From: Macrostomum lignano
Taxonomy: Eukaryota
Length of the DNA: 64,000 nt
NCBI GenBank assembly: GCA_002269645.1
Contig: NIVC01000034.1
Coordinates: forward strand, 248,001-312,000
Direction: 5' to 3'
Shown piece after piece: positions 1-14,699 of this stretch (positions are counted from its first letter, which is position 1; the number at the start of each line of letters is the position of its first letter). The position numbers were made by a program, and so were the translations under genes. The notes beneath the pieces are model-generated. The model had not been told where the DNA came from and did no database searches. It worked only from the letters and a program-made list of their open reading frames with translations.

Positions 1-416
1 GCCTGCGGCGCTAAAAAGGAGCGCCGGCAACACCGACTCAGAAAATAATGTACACGTAGGAATTTAGTCATGTAGGTCGTACATGTAGATGTATCAATAA
101 AATTCTTGGCTTTGTCTCCCCCCCCACCATAAAATCCATGGCGACGCCATTGGATTCAATTATCCGTCTGTCTAATATACGTTTGTATGAATGGAAGTGA
201 GGAGAGATACATACGATATAACATTTATTGTACAGTGTATATACTTGTAACACACTTACGAGCAGCTCTTATAGAATTTGAAGCATAACCGGTTAGCATT
301 GTAGGGAATTAGGGAACTTATGGAATTTTATAGTTTGGAATAAAGATAGATAAACGAGAATAGTTAAGTAGCGTCGATAGTTTATGCATCAAATCTGGCA
401 TCCTATCCGTTCTCAG

Positions 417-2040
417 CTTGCCGGCTCGGCACCAAGGAGAAGTTCGTGCCCTACCGCACCTGCTCTTGCAAGCCGGCGCCAGACCATCGCAGCCTCGGCT
501 CCCTGGTGTTCGTCATTGACACTACGGGCAGCATGGGCAGAGTCATCAAGTCCGTGAAGAACAACATCCGCAAAATCATCGCTGCCAATAAGCGATTCGA
601 CGACTTCGTCGTTGCCACATTCGGCGATCCCTACAAGAAGAAGCTGATGAAGACAACCAGCGCATCGAAGATCTATCGGTTCCTCAACAAGCTGAAGGCC
701 AGAGGAGGTGGCGACTGTCCCGAGTTCGCGATGTCGGGCGCTCTGGACGCTGCCGAGGCTGCCGAGCCGAACTCCGTCATGATTCTGTTCACGGACGCCT
801 CAGCCAAGGACAGGCGCAAGATGGGCGCCGTGGAGGCCAAGCTGAAGGCCAAGAGAATCCGATTCTTCACGGTAGCCAGCGGCAGGCAGTGCGGCACGAA
901 CGGAAAGAACTTCGCTAAGTTGGCCAAAGTCACCTACGGACAGTTTTCTAGGCTTCACTCCAAAGTCAGCAATAAGGTAAAATTGATTTTCTATGAGCTT
1001 GTAGAGAGACCGCAGGGTTGATTTCAGATTATGTAGTCAAATAATTACTTAATGAAACTCTCCGCCCAGGTCATGGAGCTCATCAGACGAGGTGTCCGAG
1101 GCGATTTAAGCTTCAGTGCCTTCCCCTCAAGCCGTGGCGGTCTGACCAGAGTGCTGAAAGGAAGTGAGTACTCTTTTGACTTATCAATATACCAGGTAGC
1201 AGACATTTTTAACGACTTGAAAAATTTCTCAAGCGGTGTTTATCGAAATGGGTAATCGAAGTTTGACTCACAAGTAGACAGTCACATGTACCTTACCTAC
1301 TTCGGAAGCCAGCCTTTTCAAGGAGCTAAAGTCAAGATGATAAAGTATCATTGAGTAAGATTATAGATACTGAAGCGCTAAATAAAACATCAATTTTGGC
1401 TGCAAACAACTTAAAATTTTCAGAATGCCCTTGTCGAACTGTTACTCGTCGAATTTGTGTGAAGCCGCATCCAGGTAAGAATGTTTTTTGTTTGTTTAAT
1501 TTAGATAGCTTAACGATAAAATTTAATTTTTTATACGAGATAATCATTGCTTCATGTGACTTGACGTAAATTGACATCGCTGGCAAATGGCTAGTTTTTA
1601 AAGTACACTGACAAATATGGAAGTCGTACGGCGGCTGAACGATTGTTTAATGCACGCTCATTTAAGTACCCATTTGTCAGCAATATAGAAGGACGTTGTT
1701 ACCGCACAGCTACTACTATAAGTAGTTGTATCAAACTTTTACATACATCGCCCATTCGATCATTAAAGGATTCCTCGGCTGTTACCTGGACGACCCGGAG
1801 TATCCGGACTTCACCGTCGCCATGGTGTCCAACCGCATGACTGTGTGGAAGTGCAATAAAATCTGCAAGGCCAAGAAGTTTTCCTACTTCGGCGTCAAGA
1901 ACGGCAAAATCTGCGGCTGCGGCAATCAGTATGGAAACAGCGGCGACACCGCCAATGCCAACTGCAACGTGGCTTGCGGCGGCAACCCGGGCGAGAAGTG
2001 CGGCGGGAACTCCAACAATAGCGTCTTCGAGGTGAAGTGA
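417..2040 (+). CDS. vWA (hemicentin/VWA7-like) + C-terminal WSC domain protein, 5'-partial; exons 417-976, 1070-1163, 1424-1474, 1769-2040
   Basis: LVFVIDTTGSM (MIDAS DxTxS) and GGGDCPE motifs mark a hemicentin-type vWA domain. The last exon has the WSC Cys pattern (FLGCY...C...C...FGV..G..CGCG...C...C.G...CGG). GT/AG sites give consistent phases 0,1,1 and a continuous frame to TGA at 2038-2040. Confidence 0.85.
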
Positions 2041-2725
2041 ATCGGCATTGTGAAACTTTGATTCAAATAACTCACTAATGGTGTTGGAAAGATAATTAAA
2101 ATGCTCCTAAATGATTCAATGATTTTCCGGATTTCATAAGCCAATAAACTAAAGTACAGAAGTCATATCTTCGATTTAATTGTTTTTCATTTTGATTTTT
2201 TACATTCCTTATCAGGTTAATTCGCTCATGGATAATTTACAGGCTAATTACGAGTATTTAGCTACAATACGTTAAAAAAGGTCTTGAAGTTTTTTCAGCC
2301 TGTAGCATTTTCCCACCGTGACTGCCTACAAGCAGAGTCTTTAGACCATCTAATAATAAAGCTTGCATACTAGAGTTGCTTACGAAAGCCAATACGCAGC
2401 CACTTGCAACTTGTGCGTTAGTGGGTTTACATTTGTATTTAAGACCTATCGTATGCTGCAGTTGCTGCTGCGAATAAAAAGAAAATATCGTGGGAACTGT
2501 GAAAAAAACGATGATTCAGATTAAACTACGCTAGTACGAGGCTTCAGAAGCAAGGAGCAGAGAAGCCAGAAAGACCGAACAGATTAATATAGGCCGAAAA
2601 AGAAGTCGCTAAAACAAACAAACTGAGATTTTGTGTTAAATATTAACGCAGCTGAAACCTCCTTTGTTGAGTGTCCTTGCCTAAGACAGAGCGAAATTCT
2701 TCACCCTATAGTTGTTACTAAAGAG

Positions 2726-5032
2726 ATGGAATCCGGTACGAAAACGCAACAAACTGGCCAGCAAGAAGCTGCCTACCTGCGCCAGTGCCTCGAGTCGCAG
2801 ACCATCGACTACCTGCTAAGCAAGCCGGCCTGCTTCAACCTGCTCGCAATTGGCGAGGACGGCTTAGGTAAAGTGACCTTCCTTGAGACTCTGTTTGGAG
2901 TGAGAGCCGCAGGCTTAAGGGAAGACAAAGATCGCGCGGTGGCTGTCACTGCCGGGGCCGACCCATCCAGAGAGTTTCCCGTCAGCGTGCTGAAAGAGAA
3001 GCTCTGCTTAGGTGACTCCAGCTCAACAATTGAGTCACTAAACGAATCACAAACTCAGCAACAGCAGCAGCAACAACAACAGTCGTTTCTAAGCGGCAAC
3101 AATCGTAGACTGACGGTCCGACTGATGAGTACAGTTAATTACACTGTTGGCGAAAGCAACCGAAGCCCATGGACTTCGGTTGCTGATTTCTTAGCCAAAC
3201 AGGTTCGTATTTGTTTGAATCATTAAAAAGTTAAAATTAAATAAATATGAGTATTGTAAATTCTAAAAACCTACAGGTGACCAGCTATGTCAACACCAGA
3301 GCCGTCAATCAATTCGATTTTCGTCCGGAAGAGGACGAACGAGTCCACTGCTGTTTGTACTTTCTGCCGCCAATTGGAGGCCGGGGCCTGCGCAGATGCG
3401 ACGCTTTGGCTTTAAAGTACCTCGAGGACAAGGTAGAAATCTTTTAACTCGTTCTGCTACATGTAGTTTACTTATTCTAGCAAGCAATGCTCAGAGAAGG
3501 GCGCCGTGGTCTTGTGCAGCGATTCCAAGTACAGTCACATTAATTCGGAGCTACGAGCTAAATTGGAATCTCGGCTTGGCTCTGCTCGAGCAATTAACGG
3601 CCTTGAGCCGACCCCCAAGGCACAGTGAATTGTACATGCCTAACGATAGGTAAAGTTAGGGCCGCTGTACACTCCTGTGTGAGTGTGTGCCTGTGCGTAC
3701 ACGTATGACCGCGTACGTATCTGGAATGGGCAGTAATGCCTCTCGCCGGTTGTATAAAAATTTTAAAGTGCGTCAGCTAATCTAAAGTATTGGTGCACAT
3801 TTAGGTATCGGAAATCTAGCTCGTTTTAATTCTCTACTAGGAGTAGCAAGAAAAGCATAATCTAATAATATATACAGTGTGCCAAATGGTTGTGCACTAA
3901 TAGGACTACTAATGCGATGACTGTCTTAAAGTGAGCTCCAAGTTTGTTTCTGATTTATTGCGACTGCTAGTGCAATCCATAAAACTAAAACCTCGCGCAG
4001 GTGAACTTGGTCCCTGTGTTGGCTAAAGCGGACAGTTACACGGCTGACGAGCTCAATGATCGTAAAAGTGCCGTGGCTGCCGATCTGCAACGCTTCGGCA
4101 TCGCTGTGCACCAATTCCTGCTGCCGATTCAGCAGCAGCTGCAGCAGCAGCTGCAGGCACCGCAGCCGGGTCAGCGGGTGCTGCCATCACCGCTGGCCGT
4201 CATCGGAGCTCCGCATCCGGAGACGTCGCGCACCTTGCCGTGGGGCAGCAGCGTCAGCGTTGAAGACGATCGGTACAGCGATGTGGCAGCTGTTAGGCGT
4301 CTCATTGTGGAGAGAAACATGCTGGTAATTTTCTGACTCTGGTTGCATCTTTTTTTCATTTTCAGTTTATTGTCGTCACGTTTCTCGATAATAACCACAA
4401 TAACGACAATGGTATAATACAGGTTAATGATTAAGTCATTATAATCATTATTTAATTGAATACTGATTGATTACACACTAATAGGCAGATGTGCAACCGA
4501 CAGCTCAGCCACAGCTATTGCATGGCGCATCTGAAGGCTGCTTACGGCTGTTCAGTCCAAGGACTGGGGGGGGGGTCGCCACACACACAGCCATAATTGC
4601 CTAAGATAATGCTTATATCCATTTGTGAACTAAAGTAATGCAGAGTCAAGTGTCTTACTCAAGCAGTGGATCGAGAATCGAACCCCCGACCTATTAGTCG
4701 TGAGACCGACGCTCTTAACCTGTAGGCTACAACCCATCATTCTTTGTATATGTTTCACTTTAAAACGTAAAATCCACTAAATCATTCAATATTATTTGCT
4801 TCTATCGTTCCTTCTGTGCTTTTCAGATTCTGCGCAAGTCAACGAAACGATTTCATTCGTCAATACAGAAGGTAGCTATAAACTTATTCTGATGTATTTG
4901 TTTTACTTTTTAAAGTGAACAGATAAAAAATATAAAATCTGTGCACTACATTATCAAACCATTATTTCTCAAATTCACCAATATTAAAATGAATTTCAGT
5001 CCAAACTGCCGGCAACGCTACCAAGAAAGTGA
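2726..5032 (+). CDS. divergent septin; exons 2726-3202, 3277-3432, 4001-4324, probably 4827-4871 and 5000-5032
   Basis: Septin motifs present: GEDGLGK (G1), RVHCCLYFL, VNLVPVLAKAD (G4), PLAVIGA, and RTLPWG..VED (septin-unique element). All junctions are phase-0 GT-AG. The last two small exons are less certain. Confidence 0.85.
3525..3800 (+). mobile_element. SINE family 2 copy (head-degenerate) in septin intron 2
   Basis: About 200 bp match, in inverted orientation, the element at 34385-34725 (e.g. TAGGGCCGCTGTACACTCCTGTGTGAGTGTGTGCCTG). Confidence 0.6.
4486..4731 (-). mobile_element. tRNA-derived SINE family 1 in septin intron 3
   Basis: The minus strand begins GTAGCCTACAGGTTAAGAGCG (A-box-like) with GGTTCGATTC (B box). 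A homologous copy lies at 31817-32078. Confidence 0.7.
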
Positions 5033-5985
5033 ATATTTCAAAGCAGATCAAAGGTCTTAAAAACTGAATTAACTTTGGGAAAGTTTTAACTCTATTGAAC
5101 TTTTTATTCGCTTTTAATTAACCGTCTTTATTGCAATAAATATAAGCACTCGTAACTGAAGACTTTATGAATTTGTAAAACTCAATCTCTATCCAATCGC
5201 TACTGTTTTTCTAAACTTTTTCAAGCGTTTAAACAGCTACTAAGTTTGTTCAATGGATGGATTTTGATGAATGAAAATTTTAATATTAAATTTTAATGTT
5301 CAAGTAATAATTCTCGAAAACATACTTGCTTAAAATATCAGAGAATGCTCCAAGAATAGTTGATAAATAATTCAACTCTTGTTTGCTTCCTTTATTGAGT
5401 AAGATTTTGAATAAAGATTTAGCGAACTTCGGTATTGTAAAAGCACATAGTAGCAGGCACCGGCTGCAGCAGCTGCACCAGCTGAAGTATATGGCAAGAT
5501 ATACTTCAGAAGTTGGGCTCAGGAAAGTGCATAGTGTACAACTGCGAGCCAGAGGAGAGAAGAGAGGTGATAGAAAAGAGAACCAGAAGTTGGGCTCAGG
5601 AAAGTGCTACGCTCGTATTTCCTAGTTTCTATTTTCTGGCACTTTCCCCCAGAGGAAAGTCCCCAAGGCTGTTGTGGACGCCAGCCGTGAAAGCTGGGCC
5701 AAGTTGTGCTGGCTACACACTGTCCGAGCTGTCCGAGTTTTTACTGTCCACCCCTCAATGTACAATATATGTGAGTAGCTCCCTGGGTAGTCCACACCGC
5801 GCGCGCACTGCAGGCGACCATCCCACCTCCTCTGCGGTGTAACTCATCTGCACGAGCCACCTTTTCACACTGCCCACCCCCTCCATTGCCTTGCTGGACC
5901 AACTGGCACCTCCCACCAGCTTTGCTGACCGCCAGCCGGTCATAGGGGCCTGACATATCTCTCTGGCTTCGCCAATCGTTGGCTC

Positions 5986-6298
5986 ATTGTCTGCCTCCAA
6001 AGCCATAGACATAATCTACTATTGCCTGCCTCCAAAACCATAGACACAATCTACTATTGCCTGCCTCCAAAGCCATAGACATAATCTACTATTGCCTGCC
6101 TCCAAAACCGTAGACACAATCTACCATTGTCTGCCTCCAAAACCGTAGACACAATCTACCATTGTCTGCCTCCAAAACCGTAGACACAATCTACCATTGT
6201 CTGCCTCCAAAACCGTAGACACAATCTACCATTGTCTGCCTCCAAAACCGTAGACACAATCTACCATTATCTGCCTCCAAAACCGTAGACAATCTATC
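5986..6298. repeat. 35-bp minisatellite (CTACCATTGTCTGCCTCCAAAACCGTAGACACAAT)n, about 8-9 units
   Basis: Direct tandem periodicity of 35 bp. Confidence 0.95.
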
Positions 6299-7179
6299 AA
6301 TAAATAAGCAATCTTCGATGTCACCACTGTTAGATTGTGGGGGGTTAAAATAATCCAGCGGACAATTCTCTATCAAACAACTTTGCTATAAGCTAATTGG
6401 TTAGTGCTTTCCTCTTAAACAAAACTTTTCAGAGAAAGTCTTACCTCTGAGTAGTCTATCATATTGTGTCTGTTTTATCGCTACGAGCAGTCCGTTGGAG
6501 AGAAGGGAAAGACGAACGGTGGGTAGGCAAGCTAGAAATGGAAACGGAACGGGAAAGTTGCCATCCAGCGGAGCGAAGAGCTCTAGACAGCTCTAGGCCG
6601 CTTCTCAAAGAGTTCTCGAATCGGAAAATTCAAACCCTCAACCAGGCGGCAGGGAGATTTTAACTGACCTGTGAAAAAGGCAAACCAGCTCACCTCCCCA
6701 CATGCATCCGCCATATCCTGCTCTAAGGTCTACATGTAAGCGATGGCTAATGAGGGGAGATCGGAAGCTAATTAATTCGCAAACTGCTTCCATTCAGTCC
6801 TACCAACAATGGCGCACTTCTGGGACTGCAACTGACCGTGCATCTACCGAAAAGTATTTTCTATATCTTAGCAATTTGGAAATTATATGTATTTTTCAGC
6901 TCTAATGCAGAGGATAATATATGCAAGTGATCCCTGAATTCCTCTGCTGACGAGGGGCAAATTCAGCCTCACAGAGGCCATAAAACTTATCCACAGTGTC
7001 CTGCTGCCTTTAGTTGTAAGCAATATTAGCGTGTCTAATAAAAGACAAAAGACAAAATAATGACAAGCCATTAGTTGAAGCTTTGATCATAAATTCCTTC
7101 AATTATTGAAGCTTATTAAAGTATTTATCTTGCCATCACCCTTAGTGAGTTACTAAAATTCAAGGTTCACAATGTCGAT

Positions 7180-10100
7180 TCACTTCACTTCAAAGACGCT
7201 ATAGTCGGAGTTCCCGCCGCACTTCTCGTTCGCGTTGCCGCCGCAAGCCACGTTGCAGTTGGCCTTCGCGGTGTCGCCGCTGTTTCCATACTCATTGCCG
7301 CAGCCACAGATTTTGCCGTTCTTGACGCCAAAGTAGGAAAACTTCTTGGCCTTGCAGATTTTATTGCACTTCCACACGGTCATGCGGTCGGACACCATGG
7401 CGACGGTGAAGTCCGGATACTCCGGGTCGTCCAGGTAACAGCCGAGGAATTCTTTAGTAGGGTGATATCAGATACAATAAGGCATTGGATTACTCCACAG
7501 TATAATGATATGCACTAGACTCAAAAGATTCAGTTCTTCCGCTTGAAACTCATAACGGTAAACACATTGGAAAAACAAACTAACATCAACTTTGCACAGA
7601 TTAGAAACTCTTAGTTGTTTGTTTAAAGCTCGTGTGGAACAGAATTCTAGAACTTAACAGCTCAGATTTAGCATATTAGATTTCGTTTTGTAATGAATCG
7701 ATGTAATTGTCTTACTCCTCGAGGGTCGTCTTCGAGCTGGCAGTCCAGTGGTGTAGATGCTGTTTCTCCAGCGCGATCCGCAGAAGGTGGACTTTTTCTC
7801 AGAGCACTTCATCCTGCACTCGGCCTTGGACCTCTTTCCATACTTGCCGTAGCTGTTTCCGCACCAGCACTCCTTGCTGTACTGCACACCGAAGTAGGCG
7901 TATCTCTTTGCTCTGCACAGTCGGTAGCACTTCGGGATGCTCATCGAGCCGGAGCCGGCCATCACTGGTAGGTCTCGCTTTTTCTTGTCGATGTAGCAGC
8001 CGACGAATCGCATTCCCGGAGCTGTGTTTTAACAGGTGCGTAATTCTTTATAATCTAATTTAAGAAACAAAATGTAAAAAGCATCTCCCTGATGTTCATC
8101 TATGCGAATGTCTTTAAACTGAGTTTTGATAAATAATATCATACATTTCTAACTGAATTATTACTCCTAAAACCAATTTTGAATTGCAAGGAGAAGGTTC
8201 TAAATTTTCCAACAACTGCACTTGAGCCGTGACGCGAGAAAGCGCACGTCGCGAATGCTGATACAACTGAGTATCTAGTCTCCACAGTCTGAAATATTTG
8301 CTATCAGCTTTGCTATAGGCAAGTTATTTGGCTTGTTATGGAGTCTGCGCATCACCCCTTAATGACTTGAGCGCTATCAAAAAAGCTTTTAGTCAATATA
8401 GAAACAACAATTCCACTTAGTAAACTGTCTTTTTCGCTGCATAAATTGAACAACTGCATGCTGGACATTGGAAATACCTGATTCGTTATAATATTATGCC
8501 TGCATATGGACGCTTTTTATCCCTATATTACTCTCTCGAGATCTTCTGGTACGGCATGCATTCAAATCTGCAGGTTTATTTATAATTCTCTTTGACTGGA
8601 TTTGGTACCCTTCCCAACAGTATTCAATGCTAGTTCTGAACTAAATTCAAGACTGAATTCAGTTTTTTTTAAATGGATGGGTGTAATTGTCTTACTCCTC
8701 GAGGGTCGTCTTCGAGCTGGCAGTCCAGTGGTGTAGATGCTGTTTCTCCAGCTCGATCCGCAGAAGGTCGACTTTTTACCAGAGCACTTCATCCTGCACT
8801 CGGACTTGGACCTCTTTCCGTACTTGCCGTAGCTGTTTCCGCACCAGCACTCCTTGCTGTACTGCACACCGAAGTAGGCGTATCTCTTTGCTCTGCACAG
8901 TCGGTAGCACTTCGGGATGCTCATCGAGCCGGAGCCGGCCATCACTGGTAGGTCTCGCTTTTTCTTGTCGATGTAGCAGCCGACGAATCGCATTCCCGGA
9001 GCTGTGTTTTTAACAAGTGTGCAATTTTATAATATCCAATACAACCGTTATTATTTAAATTAACGGCTGATATATACTTAGCAATGTACACGTCTTTTAA
9101 CTGACTTTAGATAAAAGCATATTAGACATTTCATAATCAATTATTTGACGAAATCTTTTTCAGCCATTTTAAATAGCATATCCATTTGCTATTAGCCATT
9201 TAGCTGGGGGGATTGCTAATAGCTATTTTGAATAGCGTGAATTGCAGCACATATGAATAACCGATATAAATTTAAGGCATTGCAACTCTACAGCAGGTCT
9301 CACCTTTAGCCTTGGCCAAAAGACCAGTTGTGAAAATTTTGTTTCTCCAGACTCCACCGCAGTAAGTGGTCTTGTCGCCGCTGCACTGCATTCTGCACTC
9401 TGTGTTCGGTCTGATTCCGAATCGGCCATAGTGATTGCCGCAGAAGCAATGGTTGCCATATTGCACTCCGAAGAACTTGTACTTGTGCTTTCGGCAAAAC
9501 CTGTAGCACTTGGGCACGCTCATGTGGCCTTTTGGAGCTTCGCGTCTCAGATCTCTGGTGGCTTTGTCGGCGAAGCAGCCGAGGTGCTTCAGTCCCGGAG
9601 CTGTTAAAAAACAACGATATTTATTGAAAGGACATGTCAACTTGAGCTCATAAAGTGAAACCCGAGTAACCTATGTACACAAATGATACGTCATTCTGCT
9701 CACAGTGACACCAGGAAGCTGGATTTGTCAAAAAAGTGACAAAAAATGGACCTGAGATAGGAGAGAACAAGCAAAATGAGAATAAAGGACTATTATGTAA
9801 ACTTAAGCTCATAAGGTTGAGTCCCTAATTTTCCCCTTGCTTGTTCTATCCAATCCCAGGTCCAATTTTTGTCACTGACAAATCCAGCTTCCTGGTGTCA
9901 CTGTGAGTAGAATGACGTATCATTTTTGTACATAGGTTACTCGGGCTCCACTTTATGAGCTTAAGTTGACACTTGACAGGCCCTTTATCTGAAAGACTAT
10001 TCAAATTAACAATGCAAAAGTTTATTATGTTAGTTTTGTATAAGAGAAGACTTACTTGACACTTTTCTAGTCTTGAGTCCGGTGATGTAGACGGAGTTCC

Positions 10101-11290
10101 TCCACGGTCCGCCGCACTTCTCTCGCATGTCGCCTTTGCACGGCATATTACATTGCTTGTTGCTGACTCGACCCAGAGAGCCGTAGCTATTGCCGCAGGT
10201 GCAGTAACTGGCGTATTGCAAACCGGCGTACTTGTAGCCAGCACGCTTGCACAGCTTGATGCAGTAGTGGCTGTTGGCCTTCACTCCGACGTTCACTATC
10301 TTGGGCAGGTCGCGGGCTGCGTTGTCAATGAAGCAGCCAAGATAAGCCGAGTCTGTGGACAAAAATCATAATCGATGTCGTAAATTACAGCTCATTTGAA
10401 TAATCAAAATAAAATCATAGGCATTGCAACACTAAAGAATCTTACCTTTTACCCTGGTCGAAAGACCAGTTGTGAAAATTTTGTTTCTCCAGACTCCACC
10501 GCAGTAAGTGGTCTTGTCGCCGCTGCACTGCATGCGGCACTCGGTGTTCGGTCTGATTCCGAATCGGCCATAGTGATTGCCGCAGAAGCACTGGTTGCCA
10601 TATTGCACACCAAAGAACTTGTACTTGTGCTTTCGGCAAAACCTGTAGCACTTGGGCACGCTCATGTGGCCTTTTGGAGCTTCGCGTCTCAGATCTCTGG
10701 TGGCTTTGTCGACGTAGCAGCCGACGTACTTCAGACCCGGAGCTAAACATTTTTTAAATAAAAAAGTCGATCGAATTTATTTAGCCCTAAAATATCGTGA
10801 AAAATGTTTTTTTCAGCTTTTTTTCCTGAATCACGTACTCGAAGCTTTTCGCGTTGTGAGTCCGGTGCTGTAGATGGAGTTCCTCCACGGTCCGCCGCAC
10901 TTCTCTCGCCTGTTGCCTTTGCACGTCATTTTACATTGCTTGTTGCTGACTCGACCCAGAGAGCCGTAGCTATTGCCGCAGGTGCAGTAACTGGCGTATT
11001 GCAAACCGGCGTACTTGTAGCCAGCACGCTTGCACAGCTTGATGCAGTAGTGGCTGTTGGCCTTCACTCCAGCGTTAACCACCTTGGGCAGGTCGCGGGC
11101 TGGGTTGTCGACGAAGCAGCCAAGATAAGCCGAGCCTGTGGACAAAAATCATAGTTGCTGTCGTAAATTACAGCTTATTTCAATAATCGATCTCTGTAAG
11201 GCTAGTCAGTGCTAGCGGTGGTCGCTTACCTTGAGACGACAGCACATGCAGAAGGCACGCAACCAGCAATAACCAGCCTTTGCATGCCAT
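7180..11290 (-). CDS. secreted protein with 7 tandem WSC domains; exons 11290-11230 (signal peptide), 11135-10839, 10742-10446, 10352-10056, 9600-9304, 9001-8696, 8021-7716, 7451-7180
   Basis: MACKGWLLLVACLLHVLSSQ is a signal-peptide exon. Each later exon is one complete WSC domain bounded by phase-1 AG/GT sites. The frame is open to TGA at 7180-7182. Confidence 0.9.
9635..9971. mobile_element. fold-back / MITE-like element in a WSC gene intron
   Basis: Long imperfect terminal inverted repeats of about 130 bp (TGTCAACTTGAGCTCATAAAGTG... / ...CACTTTATGAGCTTAAGTTGACA). No TSD resolved. Confidence 0.7.
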
Positions 11291-11639
11291 TTTAGTTCGA
11301 GGTTGACGCTAGTCCAATTTTAGGTAATTTTCTGGCCGAGCTTGAAATAAATTGAAGAGCGAAGACTTGGCCTAAAAGCGGGCAACTTATTTATAGAGTA
11401 CGCTCGTATTCCAGGCACGTGGACGTAAATCTCATTATAGTGTGTAGACAGCCAGCAATTAGCCAGCCTTTGCACGTCATTTTATTTTCACTGTTGTTGC
11501 CAATCGAACTAATTTTTCCGCTCTCGTGCTTTTGTCACTGACGCAGTCTACGGCGTGCCAGGAATTATTAGCTAGAATTAATGCAGCTCATCAGAAATTT
11601 TTGATACAGCAGAAATTATTTTAATCGGTCAATTTTGAA

Positions 11640-13579
<1,940 letters not shown>

Positions 13580-13632
<53 letters not shown>

Positions 13633-13725
13633 GGGAAAATACGAGAGAAGAAGGAAGAGAGAAGAGAGGAAAAAAGAGAAGAGATTAGAGGAGAGAGAGA
13701 AGAGAGGAAACAGAAGAGAAGATTG
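13580..13725. repeat. (GA)n microsatellite at the truncated 5' end of the Penelope-like element
   Basis: Direct sequence. Confidence 0.95.
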
Positions 13726-14699
13726 ACATTTCAACGGATCCAATGGACGTATGGAGAGTCAGAGGCAGAGGCCAGAGTTTTCCAATACATGTTCTAGAGT
13801 CAGACAGACATTGCCTGACATTCTGCGCAGCACCCCAGCCAACAATATCAATATTTGCCTCAAATCCTAATTTTACACGAATTTACTCAATTTTATGTTT
13901 ACCTCTATCCTAACTATTGACAAGTTTTCTTTGAGTATGACTTTAGACTTTAAAATACATGCAAAAAATGGTTCCGGGAATTGGAATTCCATGGGTTCAA
14001 AATCCGCGAGTTTCAACAGCTTTTTTTATATAATAAATACCCCTTGAAGCTATAAGTATTTTATTTGGCTGGCATTTTTGTATTTTAAACAATAAAATAA
14101 AACCGATCGATTTCTCTGAGAGAGTCTTGCTTTTAAAAACATAAAAAATTATTGATTTCATTTTCGGCAATTAGAACTGAAAATACAGTAAAAGCGATAT
14201 TACGAAAAAAAACGAGTGCAAAATTATGGTAGCCGCTAATGCGCACTTGTCTCTTTTGCGGCTTTGTGGAGGAATTAAACCTTCCGCCCACACCTTCAAC
14301 GATGCAAGAAATTGTCATATCGGCCACCTGTTCGGAATGGACGAGTTATAAACACTCGGGACCTGATACCCTGAACTTTGCTTTTGGCGAGAGAAAAACG
14401 CAGCCCAAGAAAAACGCTCGTTCCATTGTTAGCTTGGATCCGCGATAGAGGCCTCACAACCTAACAAATCCGCATGGTGATGTTCCATGGCAGCTGTGAG
14501 CAAGGCAGTTAAATTCGCATCGAATAGCTAAATACTAGCGTGTCTAACACCATAAGCAACAAACACAAGAAAATAACAGCCCACAAGTTTGAGTCCACAA
14601 ATTAAGTTCTCAATTATTGAGAACATTATTAAAATTTTTACCAATCTCTCCAATAACACCCTTAGTGAGTTACTAAAATTCAAGGTTCACAATGCCGAT

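Noticed and set aside
1-152. Possible DNA-transposon terminus (reverse complement CAATGGCGTCGCCATGG...)
   Set aside because: The partner end and TSD are not in the window, so it cannot be supported.
4680-4731. Functional tRNA genes (also about 32020-32078 and 34665-34725)
   Set aside because: Acceptor and anticodon stems do not pair, and the sequence continues into shared repeat bodies. These are SINE heads.
5640-6012. GC-richer stretch with short ORFs (EADNEPTIGEAREIC...) next to the 35-bp array
   Set aside because: Only a vague resemblance to a non-LTR RT fragment. No motif or splice support, so left unassigned.
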